NCBI GenBank assembly: GCA_963653505.1
Contig: CAVJWL010000001.1
Location: 53,557 to 117,556 of the forward strand
Reading direction: 5' to 3'
Length of the DNA stretch: 64,000 nucleotides
Source: an uncultured Prevotellaceae bacterium
Lineage (GTDB): Bacteria; Bacillota_I; Bacilli_A; RFN20; CAG-288
Positions 38,289-48,789 of this stretch are shown here, piece after piece (the stretch's first letter is position 1; each line of letters opens with the position of its first letter). The notes beneath the pieces are model-generated. The model saw only the letters and a list, made by a program, of their open reading frames with translations, was not told the origin of the DNA and did not search any database. The position numbers were made by a program, and so were the translations under genes.

Positions 38289-38597
38289 ATGGAATTAAGA
38301 TTTAAACTTAACATCCAACTCTTTGCATCTCACAAGGGTGTCACTTCTACTAAAAACGGACGTGATTCTAATGCTCAGAGACTTGGTTGCAAATTGTTTG
38401 ATGGACAATGGTGCCATTCTGGTTCAATCATTTATCGTCAAAGAGGAACTAAAATTCACGCCGGCAATAATGTTAAAAGAGGCGGCGATGATACTCTCTT
38501 TGCTTTGATTGATGGATATGTCAAGTTCGAAAGACTCGATAGACATCGTCAGAAGGTTTCTGTCTATCCGACAAAGCCTGAAGTCAGCGCAAAATAA
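38289..38597 (+). CDS. rpmA: 50S ribosomal protein L27 with an N-terminal propeptide
   Basis: [13 protein letters not shown]|[14 protein letters not shown]: the Prp cleavage motif (FA|SHKG) precedes the mature L27. Confidence 0.95.
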   Translation: MELRFKLNIQLFASHKGVTSTKNGRDSNAQRLGCKLFDGQWCHSGSIIYRQRGTKIHAGNNVKRGGDDTLFALIDGYVKFERLDRHRQKVSVYPTKPEVSAK

Positions 38598-38614
38598 TTA
38601 AGCTTGATGATTAT

Positions 38615-38648
38615 TAGCTTCGGGTGATTTCCCGAAGCTAATTTTTTT
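38615..38648 (+). terminator. Rho-independent terminator after rpmA
   Basis: Perfect 10-bp stem TAGCTTCGGG / CCCGAAGCTA, loop TGATTT, then T7. Confidence 0.9.
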
Positions 38649-38664
38649 CTTTTTGGAGGTCAAT

Positions 38665-39951
38665 ATGAATGATAAAGTTAAAGTGACACTTGTCTCAGGA
38701 AAAGGTGGCGATGGTGCTATCGCTTTCAGAAGAGAAAAATGTGTCGAAGCCGGTGGACCTTATGGTGGTAACGGCGGAAAAGGTGGTTCTATCTACATCA
38801 AAAGTTCTTTGAGTGTCGATACCCTTGCAAATTATCGTTTTGGTAAAACTATAAAAGCTGAACCTGGCGATAATGGCAGAACTAAATTACAATACGGAAA
38901 AGATGCAAAAGATATCACTCTTCTTGTTCCTGTTGGCACTGTCATCGAAGATGAAAATGGAAAAGTATTAGCTGATTTATATCACGAAGGTGATGTTTAT
39001 TTAGCTTGCAAAGGTGGAAGAGGTGGAAGAGGTAACGCCGCATTTAAAAATGCTCGTTTGAAGACACCTAACTTTGCTGAAAACGGACTTCCAGGAGAAG
39101 AAAAGACCTTTTATTTTGAACTCAAATTATTGGGAGATGTCGGTCTTGTCGGTTATCCAAATGTCGGGAAGAGTTCTTTTTTAAGTGCCGTTACAAGAGC
39201 TAATCCTGAAATTGCAAATTACCCGTTTACAACCTTAGAACCGATGGTCGGTGTCTGTTTTGTCTCAGTCGATAAACGCTTTGTCGTCGCTGATATCCCT
39301 GGACTTATCGATGGTGCTAGTCAAGGAAGAGGTTTAGGTACGCAATTTTTAAGACATATCGAACGCTGCCTTGTCTTGCTACACATACTTGATGTCACGA
39401 AAGATAGCGATTTATATGAAGATTTCACCAAGATCAATTCTGAACTCGACACCTATTCTTCCAAGATGAAGGAGAAGAAGATGATCATCGGCTTGAATAA
39501 AATCGATGAAGAATACGACAAAGAAAAAGTTGAAGAATTCAAGAAGAAAATTGATGGTAAATATGAGATTTTTGAATTCTCATGCAAATCTGAAGTCGGA
39601 TTAAAACCGCTCGAAAGAAGACTTTACACCCTTGTCAATCAAGCCAAGCTCAAAGCTATCAAAGAGAAGACTGTTGATGACAAAGAAGAAAAGGTCTATT
39701 CTGCCAAAGCTATTGATAACGGTAAGATTCCAGATTATGATATCGTAAGACTTGATGATTCCACCTTTGAAATCAAAGGTGAAAGAGTTATTAGAACCTA
39801 TCATCTCATCAACATCAAAACCGATGAGGGTATGGATAGATTATTAGCATACTTAGATAGAATCGGAATTGATGAAAGACTTAAGAAATTAGGAGCGAAG
39901 ACAGGAGATACTGTCTATCTTGAAGACTTCGCTTTCGAATATTTTGAATAG
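38665..39951 (+). CDS. obg: GTPase Obg
   Basis: ATG at 38665 (MNDKVKVTLVSGKGGDG); the track start at 38653 is TTG inside the Shine-Dalgarno sequence. G1 motif GYPNVGKSS. C-terminal OCT domain. Confidence 0.93.
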   Translation: MNDKVKVTLVSGKGGDGAIAFRREKCVEAGGPYGGNGGKGGSIYIKSSLSVDTLANYRFGKTIKAEPGDNGRTKLQYGKDAKDITLLVPVGTVIEDENGKVLADLYHEGDVYLACKGGRGGRGNAAFKNARLKTPNFAENGLPGEEKTFYFELKLLGDVGLVGYPNVGKSSFLSAVTRANPEIANYPFTTLEPMVGVCFVSVDKRFVVADIPGLIDGASQGRGLGTQFLRHIERCLVLLHILDVTKDSDLYEDFTKINSELDTYSSKMKEKKMIIGLNKIDEEYDKEKVEEFKKKIDGKYEIFEFSCKSEVGLKPLERRLYTLVNQAKLKAIKEKTVDDKEEKVYSAKAIDNGKIPDYDIVRLDDSTFEIKGERVIRTYHLINIKTDEGMDRLLAYLDRIGIDERLKKLGAKTGDTVYLEDFAFEYFE

Positions 39952-39997
39952 TAGACAAATAAATGAGATATTGTCCATTTTTATCAGGGGGTAAAAA

Positions 39998-40564
39998 ATG
40001 TATTATTATTTGCACGGACTCATCAGCATGCATTTAAAAAATAGCATTGTCATCGAATGTTCTGGCATCGGCTATGATGTTCTTGTAAGCCATGTCGATG
40101 AATATCCAATCGGTGAGACTATGTTTGTGTATACGACTTTTATTTCCAATGAAAATGAACAATATCTTGTCGGATTCAAATCCCAAATGGAAAAATCTCT
40201 CTTTGAATCTTTGATTTCAGTCAGCGGAATCGGTGTCAAAACGGCTTTAAAAATGTTTGAAGCCACTAATGCTGAAAGAATCAGAATCGCTATTGAAAAT
40301 AACGATACTATCTTTTTGATGAAACTTCCAGGCATCGGGAAAAAGAGCGCTACTCAGATCATCTTAGATCTCAAAGGACACATTCAAATTGATAGCGTCG
40401 ATAGCAAGACTATCGATAAAAATCTCGATGAAGCCTGTGAAGCTTTGAAATCCTTGGGTTTCAAAGAAAAAGAGATCAAAGAAGCTATCTCTAATATCTC
40501 AGAAAAAGGATTGAGCGTAGAACAATACACCTCCTTAGCTTTGAGGAATTTAAATAAAAAATGA
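39998..40564 (+). CDS. ruvA: Holliday junction DNA helicase RuvA
   Basis: [13 protein letters not shown]-terminus, HhH motifs and a C-terminal domain. Confidence 0.9.
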   Translation: MYYYLHGLISMHLKNSIVIECSGIGYDVLVSHVDEYPIGETMFVYTTFISNENEQYLVGFKSQMEKSLFESLISVSGIGVKTALKMFEATNAERIRIAIENNDTIFLMKLPGIGKKSATQIILDLKGHIQIDSVDSKTIDKNLDEACEALKSLGFKEKEIKEAISNISEKGLSVEQYTSLALRNLNKK

Positions 40565-41592
40565 ACAAAGAAGAAAACGAATTGGAAAAAGAAGGTACGG
40601 TCTTAAAAGAACTGAAAGAAAACCTCGATGATGTCGATGTTTCTTTAAGACCGAATAAACTTTCTGATTACATCGGACAGGATGCTATCAAAGAAGAACT
40701 TTCAATCTTCATTTGGGGTGCAAAAAAAAGAGAGGAATCGCTTGATCATGTCCTTTTTTATGGTCCACCTGGACTTGGAAAGACAACTCTTGCCAATGTT
40801 ATCGCTAATGAGCTTGAAAGCGACATCAAAACGACCAATGGTTCTTCTTTGATAAGAACTGGGGATTTAGCAAGCATCTTATCATCACTCAATCCTGGGG
40901 ATGTCTTATTCATCGATGAAATCCACAGAATGCCAATAATCGTTCAAGAAGTCTTGTATTCTGCGATGGAAGATTTCAATCTTTCTTTGATCGTCGGAAA
41001 AGGTGCGGATGCGAGAACTTTGAATATTCCCTTACCACCATTTACCTTAGTAGGAGCTACTACTGATGCTGGTAAATTATCAGCTCCTTTAAGAGATCGT
41101 TTCGGTATCATCTTCCGTTTGAATTATTATTCACCGGAAGAACTTTTGACTATCATCGAAAGAACGAGCAAAGCCCTTCATTTTCCTATCTCTTTAGATG
41201 CAGCTTATCAGATAGCTTTAAGAGGTAGAGGAACTCCAAGAATTGCCAATAGGTTATTTAGAAGAGTCAGAGATTATGCGACTTACGAAGGAAAAGATAC
41301 CATCGATTTAGAATCGACAAATCACGCGATGAAATTTTTGAATATCGATGATTTAGGTTTGGATGAAACTGATCGCAAGTTACTTGAATGCTTGATATTC
41401 CGATACAACGGCAAACCGGTTGGACTTTCAAGCATCGCCTCAGCTATCGGTGAAAGCATCGAAAATGTCAGTGAAGTATATGAACCTTATCTTGTTCAAA
41501 TCGGGCTTATAAATCGCACTCCCAAAGGGAGAATTGCAACAAGAAAAGCCTATCAACATTTAAATATTCCCTACCCTGATAACGCAATTTGA
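40561..41592 (+). CDS. ruvB: Holliday junction DNA helicase RuvB
   Basis: ATGA overlap with ruvA. Walker [12 protein letters not shown]. Confidence 0.95.
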   Translation: MNKEENELEKEGTVLKELKENLDDVDVSLRPNKLSDYIGQDAIKEELSIFIWGAKKREESLDHVLFYGPPGLGKTTLANVIANELESDIKTTNGSSLIRTGDLASILSSLNPGDVLFIDEIHRMPIIVQEVLYSAMEDFNLSLIVGKGADARTLNIPLPPFTLVGATTDAGKLSAPLRDRFGIIFRLNYYSPEELLTIIERTSKALHFPISLDAAYQIALRGRGTPRIANRLFRRVRDYATYEGKDTIDLESTNHAMKFLNIDDLGLDETDRKLLECLIFRYNGKPVGLSSIASAIGESIENVSEVYEPYLVQIGLINRTPKGRIATRKAYQHLNIPYPDNAI

Positions 41593-41640
41593 TTGCAATT
41601 GTTTAAAATGTCGATAAAAACTTTAAAAATACCTTTTAAA

Positions 41641-41680
41641 TGAGCAATTATTTCTTGTAAAAAGTGCTCATTTTTGTTAG
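41641..41680 (+). terminator. Putative terminator after ruvB
   Basis: Stem AATGAGCA / TGCTCATT with an 18-nt loop, followed by TTTTGTT. Confidence 0.4.
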
Positions 41681-41745
41681 ATTATACGAGTATATTTTTT
41701 TATTAAAAGCAATGTGTGCTTAAATATAATAGGAGGAATTCCTCA

Positions 41746-44571
41746 ATGCGTCGTTTCTTAGCTTATAGTATTATGATGTTGACAGTTGTCGGCACGTTAG
41801 TTTTTAATACCCAAACAGTATTAGAGTCCACAACCGATGCAATGGAGTATGGCAAATCCACTCAATTGACTTTCTCTTTGACTAGCAGAGATCAAGCTGA
41901 TTATAATGTTGCTAATTATCCGGACTTGAATCCTTATCTAGCTAATAATGATTTAACAAATATCGATATCAAATCAAAGATTATGGATAGACTTGATGCC
42001 ATCGGCGTCAGAAATGCTGATGTAGAAATTGTCAACGGTATCACTTCCGGAAGTCAAAAAGGAGAAGGATACAAAGTTAATGTCACTTTCTCACCTCTCT
42101 CTGATACTGAACTTAGCAATGTCAAGCAAATCTTGAGCTATGATGGTTCTTTATCAATCGCAACCGTCGGTGATGATACTGTCAAGTATCAAGATCACGG
42201 AGATTTCTTCGCAGATACTGCTGCTAAAATTGTCTACAGCGGTACAACAGCCTATCCAGCTATTTGTATCGATGATACAACTGAGATGGATGAACTTGTC
42301 ACTGCTGCTAAAAATGCTTCTGATGCTCATAAAAATGATAAGAAGACAGAAGAGACAAAATCAGCCAATCGTAAATATGCTGATGATTCTAGCGATTCTA
42401 GCGAATCAGAAGATACTTCCAATGAAACAAAGCTCATCTTGTGGCAAAATAAAACCACTGATGATACTTACAATAAAGCGTACGGATATAACGGTGAAGA
42501 AGTCGATGATAAAGTCTTAGCTAAAGTTGTCTGCACCTTGGACACTTCTAACTATTCATCCGACAATAAAATCATCACTATCACCAGTGATAAGGATGGA
42601 AATGCCTTCACAGTCTCAACAGCAAGAACTATGGTTGCTATGTTGAACAGTTCTGATTACGGCTTCGATATTCATTATTTGTATTCCAATACTATCTATG
42701 CTGGCTTTGGTTCAAAAGCATTAAAGAATACTTATATCACCTTTGGCGTTTGTTTAGCTGCCATTGTGATTCTTCTCATCTTGTTCTATGGATACAGCGG
42801 TATCACAGCTGGCATCAATTTATTAGCCACTGTCTTCATGTCCTTATTCTTATTCAATTTATTAGGATTTGAATTCTCAATCGCCGGTATCTTAGGTGTT
42901 TGTGTCGCTGCTTGCCTTTCTATCTTCTTATCTTGCAATTATTTCGAACATATTAAAAACGAACTCAAGAAAGGTAGAGATATCGAAAAGGCCAACAAAG
43001 AAGGATATCGTAAATCCTTCCTCATCGGACTTGACACTTCTATTGTCTTATTCGTCGCTTCCTTATTCAGTTTCTTATTAGCCTTAGGTTCTTATAAGAC
43101 CTTCTTCGGCGCTGTCTTAGTCGGTACTCTTGTTTCTTGGGTTATCACAACCTTCCTCAACAAGTGGGCTACTTACTGGCTTTGCAAAGATGTCAAAGAT
43201 AACAATAAACCATACTTCTCATTTAAGAAACCGACTAAAGAAAATAAGAAAGTCACTTATGTCAAATCAGGTAAAAAAGGCAGAATGCCACTTTATATCT
43301 CTGTTGCTATTGCCGTTTTAGCTCTCGGTATCGGATTACCTCTTAACTATGCAACCAAATCCGGTGATGCTTCATTCTTCAACAATTCCGGTTCCTATAC
43401 TAATTCCTATCAATTGACTATCGCCTTTGGTACATATAACAAATCTTATAATCAACTTGAAAGTTCTGATGCTTACATCGAATACATCAAGAAAATCGGT
43501 GAAAATTCCGATGACAAATTCTCCTTTGTCACTAAAGATGAAGCTAGTAAACTCACAACTACAAATTATGTAACTTATGATGCTTCTAGCGCTTTTGTCA
43601 ATACTGTTGAAGATAAAGATGATGATAATATCACCTATTACATCAATTACTTCAGCGTTCACACCTATCAAAATCTCAATGATGTCAAATCATCTAATGA
43701 GAATAAATCTATCTTAGAAGCCCTCAAAGATGGTATGGATGGTTCAAGCGCTTTGACTATCACTCTTGATGATAATACTCTTATCAATCCTTTGAATGAT
43801 GGTAACTATAAGAGCTCTTCTTATTCTATCTATTCTCTTTCCACCTCACCTTTGAATCTTAAACACGATGTCTTAAATCTCTTCTTAGTCATCTTCTTAA
43901 TCGCCGCTTTCGCTTCTATTTATGCCTTTATCAGATACGGATTGAACACTTTCTTAAGCGTCATCACTTCTGGTTCTGTCTTTGCAACTTTGAGCGTTGG
44001 TGTTCTTGCTTTATCTCAACTTGCCTTCACTCCGTATGTCGCCTTTGTCTTATTCGCTTTCAACCTCATCTTCGACTTCATGGTCATCCCTACTTTGAGC
44101 GAAAATAAAGCTACTATCAAAGAAAAAGGTTTGAAGGGTAAAGCCTTAGAAGAAGAAAGAGCTGATATCTTGAATGAATTGACAAGCAAGAATATCACTA
44201 TCTTAGCTTCTAGTTTTGCTGCAGGTATCATCTTCTCCATTCCATTTGTCTTCATCGATTCATCTTTACTTTCAACAACTGTCTATGGAATCATCTTAGC
44301 TGTCTTAGGATTTGTTCTCATCATCAGTTTCGTTCTTCCATTCCATCTCCTTTGTTCTTCTCATATCAACTTCAAGCGTTTCAACGATTGGTTTATGAGT
44401 AGAAAGACAAGCAAGAAGGAAGAAAAAGAAAAGCTTGAAGGAAGCAAAGTCGCTGAAGCAAGCAAATCTAATAATCCAAATGAATTTGCTCCTGATGGAA
44501 CTCGATATGTTGATAGTGAAGGACCACATGAAACTATCATCATCGGTATGAATGAATTCCGTCATCACTGA
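41746..44571 (+). CDS. secDF: Fused protein-export membrane protein SecDF with a large inserted extracytoplasmic/acidic region
   Basis: AGGAGG 9 nt before ATG 41746; the track start at 41716 is GTG. Two RND-like 6-TM bundles are present (…GITAGINLLATVFMSLFLFNLLGFEF… and …FTPYVAFVLFAFNLIFDFMVIPT…). A D/S/E-rich low-complexity insert is also present. Confidence 0.85.
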   Translation: MRRFLAYSIMMLTVVGTLVFNTQTVLESTTDAMEYGKSTQLTFSLTSRDQADYNVANYPDLNPYLANNDLTNIDIKSKIMDRLDAIGVRNADVEIVNGITSGSQKGEGYKVNVTFSPLSDTELSNVKQILSYDGSLSIATVGDDTVKYQDHGDFFADTAAKIVYSGTTAYPAICIDDTTEMDELVTAAKNASDAHKNDKKTEETKSANRKYADDSSDSSESEDTSNETKLILWQNKTTDDTYNKAYGYNGEEVDDKVLAKVVCTLDTSNYSSDNKIITITSDKDGNAFTVSTARTMVAMLNSSDYGFDIHYLYSNTIYAGFGSKALKNTYITFGVCLAAIVILLILFYGYSGITAGINLLATVFMSLFLFNLLGFEFSIAGILGVCVAACLSIFLSCNYFEHIKNELKKGRDIEKANKEGYRKSFLIGLDTSIVLFVASLFSFLLALGSYKTFFGAVLVGTLVSWVITTFLNKWATYWLCKDVKDNNKPYFSFKKPTKENKKVTYVKSGKKGRMPLYISVAIAVLALGIGLPLNYATKSGDASFFNNSGSYTNSYQLTIAFGTYNKSYNQLESSDAYIEYIKKIGENSDDKFSFVTKDEASKLTTTNYVTYDASSAFVNTVEDKDDDNITYYINYFSVHTYQNLNDVKSSNENKSILEALKDGMDGSSALTITLDDNTLINPLNDGNYKSSSYSIYSLSTSPLNLKHDVLNLFLVIFLIAAFASIYAFIRYGLNTFLSVITSGSVFATLSVGVLALSQLAFTPYVAFVLFAFNLIFDFMVIPTLSENKATIKEKGLKGKALEEERADILNELTSKNITILASSFAAGIIFSIPFVFIDSSLLSTTVYGIILAVLGFVLIISFVLPFHLLCSSHINFKRFNDWFMSRKTSKKEEKEKLEGSKVAEASKSNNPNEFAPDGTRYVDSEGPHETIIIGMNEFRHH

Positions 44572-46141
44572 TATGAAAACGATATTAACAAAATTACTTG
44601 AACATTATCGAATGACTTTGGAAGACCTCAGGGAGAGAAATCTCCCGGGGTCTTTTATTCATTTAGAAGATCCTTTTTCAGATGATAGATTCAATGATGT
44701 GATTTCAAGAATTAAAAAAGCCGTCGAAACAAAAGAGAAGACAGTCATTTACGGAGATTATGATGTCGATGGTTTGACTTCTACTTGTATAATGAAAAAA
44801 ACTCTTGATAAGATGGGGTTAAATCCTGGTTATTTCATCCCTTCAAGATATAAAGAAGGATACGGACTTGTCAAAGAGAGAGTTAGAGATTTTAAAAATA
44901 AAGGCTATTCCCTACTCATCACTGTCGATAATGGAATAAGCGCCTTTGAAGCTATCGAAGAAGCTTATAAACTAGGGATGGAAGTTGTGATAATCGATCA
45001 CCACGAAATTCCTGAGGAGAAAGTGATGACAGAACATATCTTTCATCAAAATATCTCCAAGTTCATCACTTATAATTGTTCAGCTGCTAGCCTCTGTCTT
45101 TTTGTCTCTGCTAAACTATTAGGATATTATGACGAATATTTATCTACTTTAGCTGGCATTGCTGTTTTCTCAGATGTCATGCCTTTAGTTGGTAACAATT
45201 TAGAACTTGCTAAGATCGCTCTTTCTAATTTAAAAAAGAATCTCTATCCGAATCTTTGTTCTTTGATTCCGTATAAAAATAGTCCAATCTGTTATGATGA
45301 TATCAATTTTTATATCATTCCAAGTCTCAACTCTGTTGGTAGAGTTGAAAGTGATGTGATGGCGACAAATAAAGCCTGCAAGCTTCTTGTTGAAGAGGAT
45401 GAAAAAGAGATTCAAAGATTAGCTAAATATGTCTCAGATATCAATTTGAAAAGAAAAGAGCTAATAAAAAGTGCTGCCATCGATGAAAAACTATCCTTTG
45501 ATAGCACTCATTCTTATAGCGGTATCTTTCAAACCTCTTCAGGACTTGCTGGATTATTTGCAAATAAATTGCTGAGAGAAAAAGATAAAGCCATCATGTT
45601 ATTCGCTGTTGATGAGAAAAATCCTGAATGTCTTGTCGGTTCTATCCGCGCTAAAAAAGGTTATGACTTGATTTCTTTTTTAGAGAAGAATAAAAAATAT
45701 TTCATCAATAGTGGCGGACATAAACAAGCCTGTGGAGTTACGATACTTAGAAAAGATTATTTTCAAATTGCTATTTTATTTTCAACTGAGATTGAAAAGC
45801 AAGCATTGTTTATCGAAGATGATGATGAAGATGTGATTGAAATCGAACTTTCTGATTTGAATAAAGAGAATTTTGAAATCTATCAAAGTTTTTATCCTTT
45901 CGGTGAAGGCTTCCAAGCTTGTAAATTTAAAATCAATGTAGCTAAAAATGATGTCAAGATAGCACCTTCAAATAAGGTTAGTTATGTTATCTCTAAAGAT
46001 AGAACTTCGAAGGTCACTTATTTTGGAGTTCCAAAGCAATTAGCTGAAGAAAAAGATATGATTACCTTCATCGGTGACTTCAAAAAAGAAGAATTCAATT
46101 CGCAAATTTCATATTGTTTGATAGCTAATGAATCAAAATAG
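44552..46141 (+). CDS. recJ: Single-stranded-DNA-specific exonuclease RecJ (short DHH/DHHA1 form)
   Basis: DHH motifs VIYGDYDVDGLTS and VIIDHHEIP. The start could alternatively be ATG 44573, 1 nt after the secDF stop. Synteny secDF-recJ matches Bacillus. Confidence 0.8.
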   Translation: MNSVITDMKTILTKLLEHYRMTLEDLRERNLPGSFIHLEDPFSDDRFNDVISRIKKAVETKEKTVIYGDYDVDGLTSTCIMKKTLDKMGLNPGYFIPSRYKEGYGLVKERVRDFKNKGYSLLITVDNGISAFEAIEEAYKLGMEVVIIDHHEIPEEKVMTEHIFHQNISKFITYNCSAASLCLFVSAKLLGYYDEYLSTLAGIAVFSDVMPLVGNNLELAKIALSNLKKNLYPNLCSLIPYKNSPICYDDINFYIIPSLNSVGRVESDVMATNKACKLLVEEDEKEIQRLAKYVSDINLKRKELIKSAAIDEKLSFDSTHSYSGIFQTSSGLAGLFANKLLREKDKAIMLFAVDEKNPECLVGSIRAKKGYDLISFLEKNKKYFINSGGHKQACGVTILRKDYFQIAILFSTEIEKQALFIEDDDEDVIEIELSDLNKENFEIYQSFYPFGEGFQACKFKINVAKNDVKIAPSNKVSYVISKDRTSKVTYFGVPKQLAEEKDMITFIGDFKKEEFNSQISYCLIANESK

Positions 46142-46206
46142 TTTCATTCTTGTTTCTATTTTGTTTCAAAGGGAAATATTTGTTTATTTTTGAGTGAAAT
46201 TGCGTT

Positions 46207-46235
46207 ATGCTCCTTTTAATTAAGGAGCATTTTTT
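46207..46235 (+). terminator. recJ terminator hairpin whose 3' arm is the Shine-Dalgarno sequence of the next gene
   Basis: Perfect stem ATGCTCCTT / AAGGAGCAT, loop TTAATT, then TTTTT and the ATG at 46236. Confidence 0.6.
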
Positions 46236-46574
46236 ATGAAGGAACTTTATATTTTTAATCAAGAAGAGAAGATTAGAAAATTGTTATTTAAGAAGAAAGA
46301 TATCGATACTTTTTTACAGAATGAGAGCATTTATTCTCTTTTTTGTTCTAATTACAAAAAAAGACTTGAAGGATATGTCATCAAATGTTCAAGTCTTGAT
46401 ATTGAAGGGGATGATTATCTTTTTGTCATCTTTGAAAGCGATGGGAAGAAAGTGTATGTTTTCAATTCTAAATTATACGAAAAGAGAAATGAAGCCATTT
46501 TAGAAATGAAGAAGTTGATCAAGTATTTTCCTCTCTTTGGATTTAACTCCAAATACCTTTTTAAGAAAGCTTAG
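46236..46574 (+). CDS. Hypothetical small cytoplasmic protein (112 aa)
   Basis: AAGGAG Shine-Dalgarno sequence with 8-nt spacing. No recognisable motif. Confidence 0.55.
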   Translation: MKELYIFNQEEKIRKLLFKKKDIDTFLQNESIYSLFCSNYKKRLEGYVIKCSSLDIEGDDYLFVIFESDGKKVYVFNSKLYEKRNEAILEMKKLIKYFPLFGFNSKYLFKKA

Positions 46575-46670
46575 TTTCATCTTTGAATTTTTTGATAAAA
46601 TCGAAGAAAAATCAACGTTTTATATTTCTATATTTATTTATTTAAGCTAAAATATTATAGAGGATATAAA

Positions 46671-47597
46671 ATGGTTCAAGCTACGAATAATAATAGAGAA
46701 AAAGATGCGATTACCACTAACTTTGTCGGTATCGGTGACGAACTTATCAATAAAAGAAAAAAGTACCAACATAAGAAGATGATCTATTTCATCTTGTTAT
46801 TATTGGAGATATTTTTCACTTTTTTATATTTGAGTTTACCTCTCTTTCATCTTGAGTCACTCTCAATCACTGGACTGAGGAATTTATCTAAAGATTCCCT
46901 TTATCAGATGATGAATGTCAAAACTAATTCTTCTTATTTGACATTTGATAAAAATGAAGCCGAAGAAAATCTCAAAAAGAATAGCAACGGCCTCTTTTTA
47001 GATATCTCTTTGAATGCAAACTTATTTTCAGGCAGCTTAAATGTCAAAGAAGATTTTCCTCTTGCTTATTATAATGATGAAGTATATTTTGCTTCTGGAA
47101 GAAAAAAAGAGGAGATGGAAAGTCTTATCAATGGTATGAATTTTGATGTTGTGACTAAAAACGAGTATTTGAAAGCCGTAAACGATAAATGTGAAGAATC
47201 AAAATTGTTACATTTCTATTTCAAATACGAAAACCCAACCATTGATAAAGCTATCTTCACTAATTTCATCGATGTCAAAGATACGATCTTAGATGACATG
47301 AAAGATGTCATCTATAAAGGTGAGACAAATTCGACTCTTGATATCACCTATTATGATACTGCCTCCTCTAATTATTTTGTCTTTGAAGATGTTTTATACG
47401 ATAAAATCAGTAAGATTTTTAAAAACGATATCTTTGAAAATGAGACAGTCAACGCTTGTAGAAGTCATTTTAAAAACAAAAATAAATCCGAATATAAAAT
47501 CTCTGATAGCAATATCAAAGAAGTATATAAAGTCAAAATCATCTACAGTTCTGATGGAAGTTATAATTTTGTAGATGCTGATGAAATTGCAATATAA
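46671..47597 (+). CDS. Cell division protein DivIB/FtsQ-like (single TM plus POTRA-like ectodomain)
   Basis: N-terminal cytoplasmic basic segment, TM helix IYFILLLLEIFFTFLYLSLPLF, then a POTRA-like region ...LNVKEDFPLAYYNDEVYFASGRK. Sits upstream of ftsA-ftsZ. Confidence 0.7.
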   Translation: MVQATNNNREKDAITTNFVGIGDELINKRKKYQHKKMIYFILLLLEIFFTFLYLSLPLFHLESLSITGLRNLSKDSLYQMMNVKTNSSYLTFDKNEAEENLKKNSNGLFLDISLNANLFSGSLNVKEDFPLAYYNDEVYFASGRKKEEMESLINGMNFDVVTKNEYLKAVNDKCEESKLLHFYFKYENPTIDKAIFTNFIDVKDTILDDMKDVIYKGETNSTLDITYYDTASSNYFVFEDVLYDKISKIFKNDIFENETVNACRSHFKNKNKSEYKISDSNIKEVYKVKIIYSSDGSYNFVDADEIAI

Positions 47598-47614
47598 ATT
47601 TAGGAGGTAAGAAG

Positions 47615-48778
47615 ATGAATGATAATATTGTCTCAGTAATAGATTTCTCATCCAGCGGCATAAGATTAGTCACCGGATATCATTTTAAAGGGACAGTCTA
47701 TATTCTCAATGCATTAGAAGGAGATTCAATCCCTTTAGATGAAAACGGATATTTGGACAAAAAATCAGCAGAAGAGAGTTTGACCACTTTGATTTATAAA
47801 GCTAAGGAAACCTTAAAGAATAATTTAGGTGTCTTTATCGCTCTTCTTCCTCCCGATGGCTTCACCGTTGAAAGCATTGATGAAAAAAGTACCACTGTTG
47901 ATCCTTCCAGTAAAATAATTCAAAGAGATTATAATAATTGCATCAATCAAATCAATAAACAAGTCAAAAGTAAAGGTAAGTCAATTGTCTATCATGATCC
48001 GATTTCATTTGCTGATGATAATAGACAAAGTTATGATACATTCCCGATGGGTTCAAGCTCTAAAGAGCTACAAGTTTTCGCTGATGTTCATCTGATCGAT
48101 GACAAAAGTTTCAATCATTATAAATCGATACTTGATGATTGTAAAATACCGATATATATGACTTTAGTCGCTCCTTTTGCCACTGTCAGTTTCATCAGTT
48201 CTTTGAACATTCCTAAAAAATTCTTATGTTTAGATATAGGAAAGGATTATTCTTATTTTTCTTATATCTTCAAACGCAGACTCAATGTTTCCACTAAATT
48301 TCCTTTTGGAATAAATGCAGCTGTCAAAAAAGCTAGTGAAATGTTGAATTTGAGTTTTGATAAAACTATGGAATATCTTCAATATTTTGGCTTCCACAGA
48401 GAAGAAGAAATCGCCTTTATCAGCGAAGAGGATAAACCGCTTGATGAGATTGTCTCTGCCTTTGAGAAGAGTTTTGAACCCTTGGTCGATCTTATCAAAA
48501 TGTCTATCAACAAATACCAAGTCGATGATGATACATTACTTGTGATAACAGGTACGGGAGCTGATATTGTCGAATTTGATAATTATCTTGTTCATCAATT
48601 GAAAAGAGATAATAAAGTCTTCATTCCGAAAGTCATCGGAGCTAAAGACAAAGTCTTCACAAATTGTATTGGGGCAATCCTTATCTCCGCTTTGCCGTAT
48701 CAAAACCCAATCACTGAAGCGATAAAAATGGGAGGATATCATGATTTTCAAAATGAATCCTTCTCTAGAGGAAAATAA
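47615..48778 (+). CDS. ftsA: Cell division protein FtsA (actin-like ATPase)
   Basis: AGGAGGT Shine-Dalgarno sequence. VIDFSSSGIRLV N-terminus. Position upstream of ftsZ. Confidence 0.85.
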   Translation: MNDNIVSVIDFSSSGIRLVTGYHFKGTVYILNALEGDSIPLDENGYLDKKSAEESLTTLIYKAKETLKNNLGVFIALLPPDGFTVESIDEKSTTVDPSSKIIQRDYNNCINQINKQVKSKGKSIVYHDPISFADDNRQSYDTFPMGSSSKELQVFADVHLIDDKSFNHYKSILDDCKIPIYMTLVAPFATVSFISSLNIPKKFLCLDIGKDYSYFSYIFKRRLNVSTKFPFGINAAVKKASEMLNLSFDKTMEYLQYFGFHREEEIAFISEEDKPLDEIVSAFEKSFEPLVDLIKMSINKYQVDDDTLLVITGTGADIVEFDNYLVHQLKRDNKVFIPKVIGAKDKVFTNCIGAILISALPYQNPITEAIKMGGYHDFQNESFSRGK

Positions 48779-48789
48779 CGAGGTGGAAA

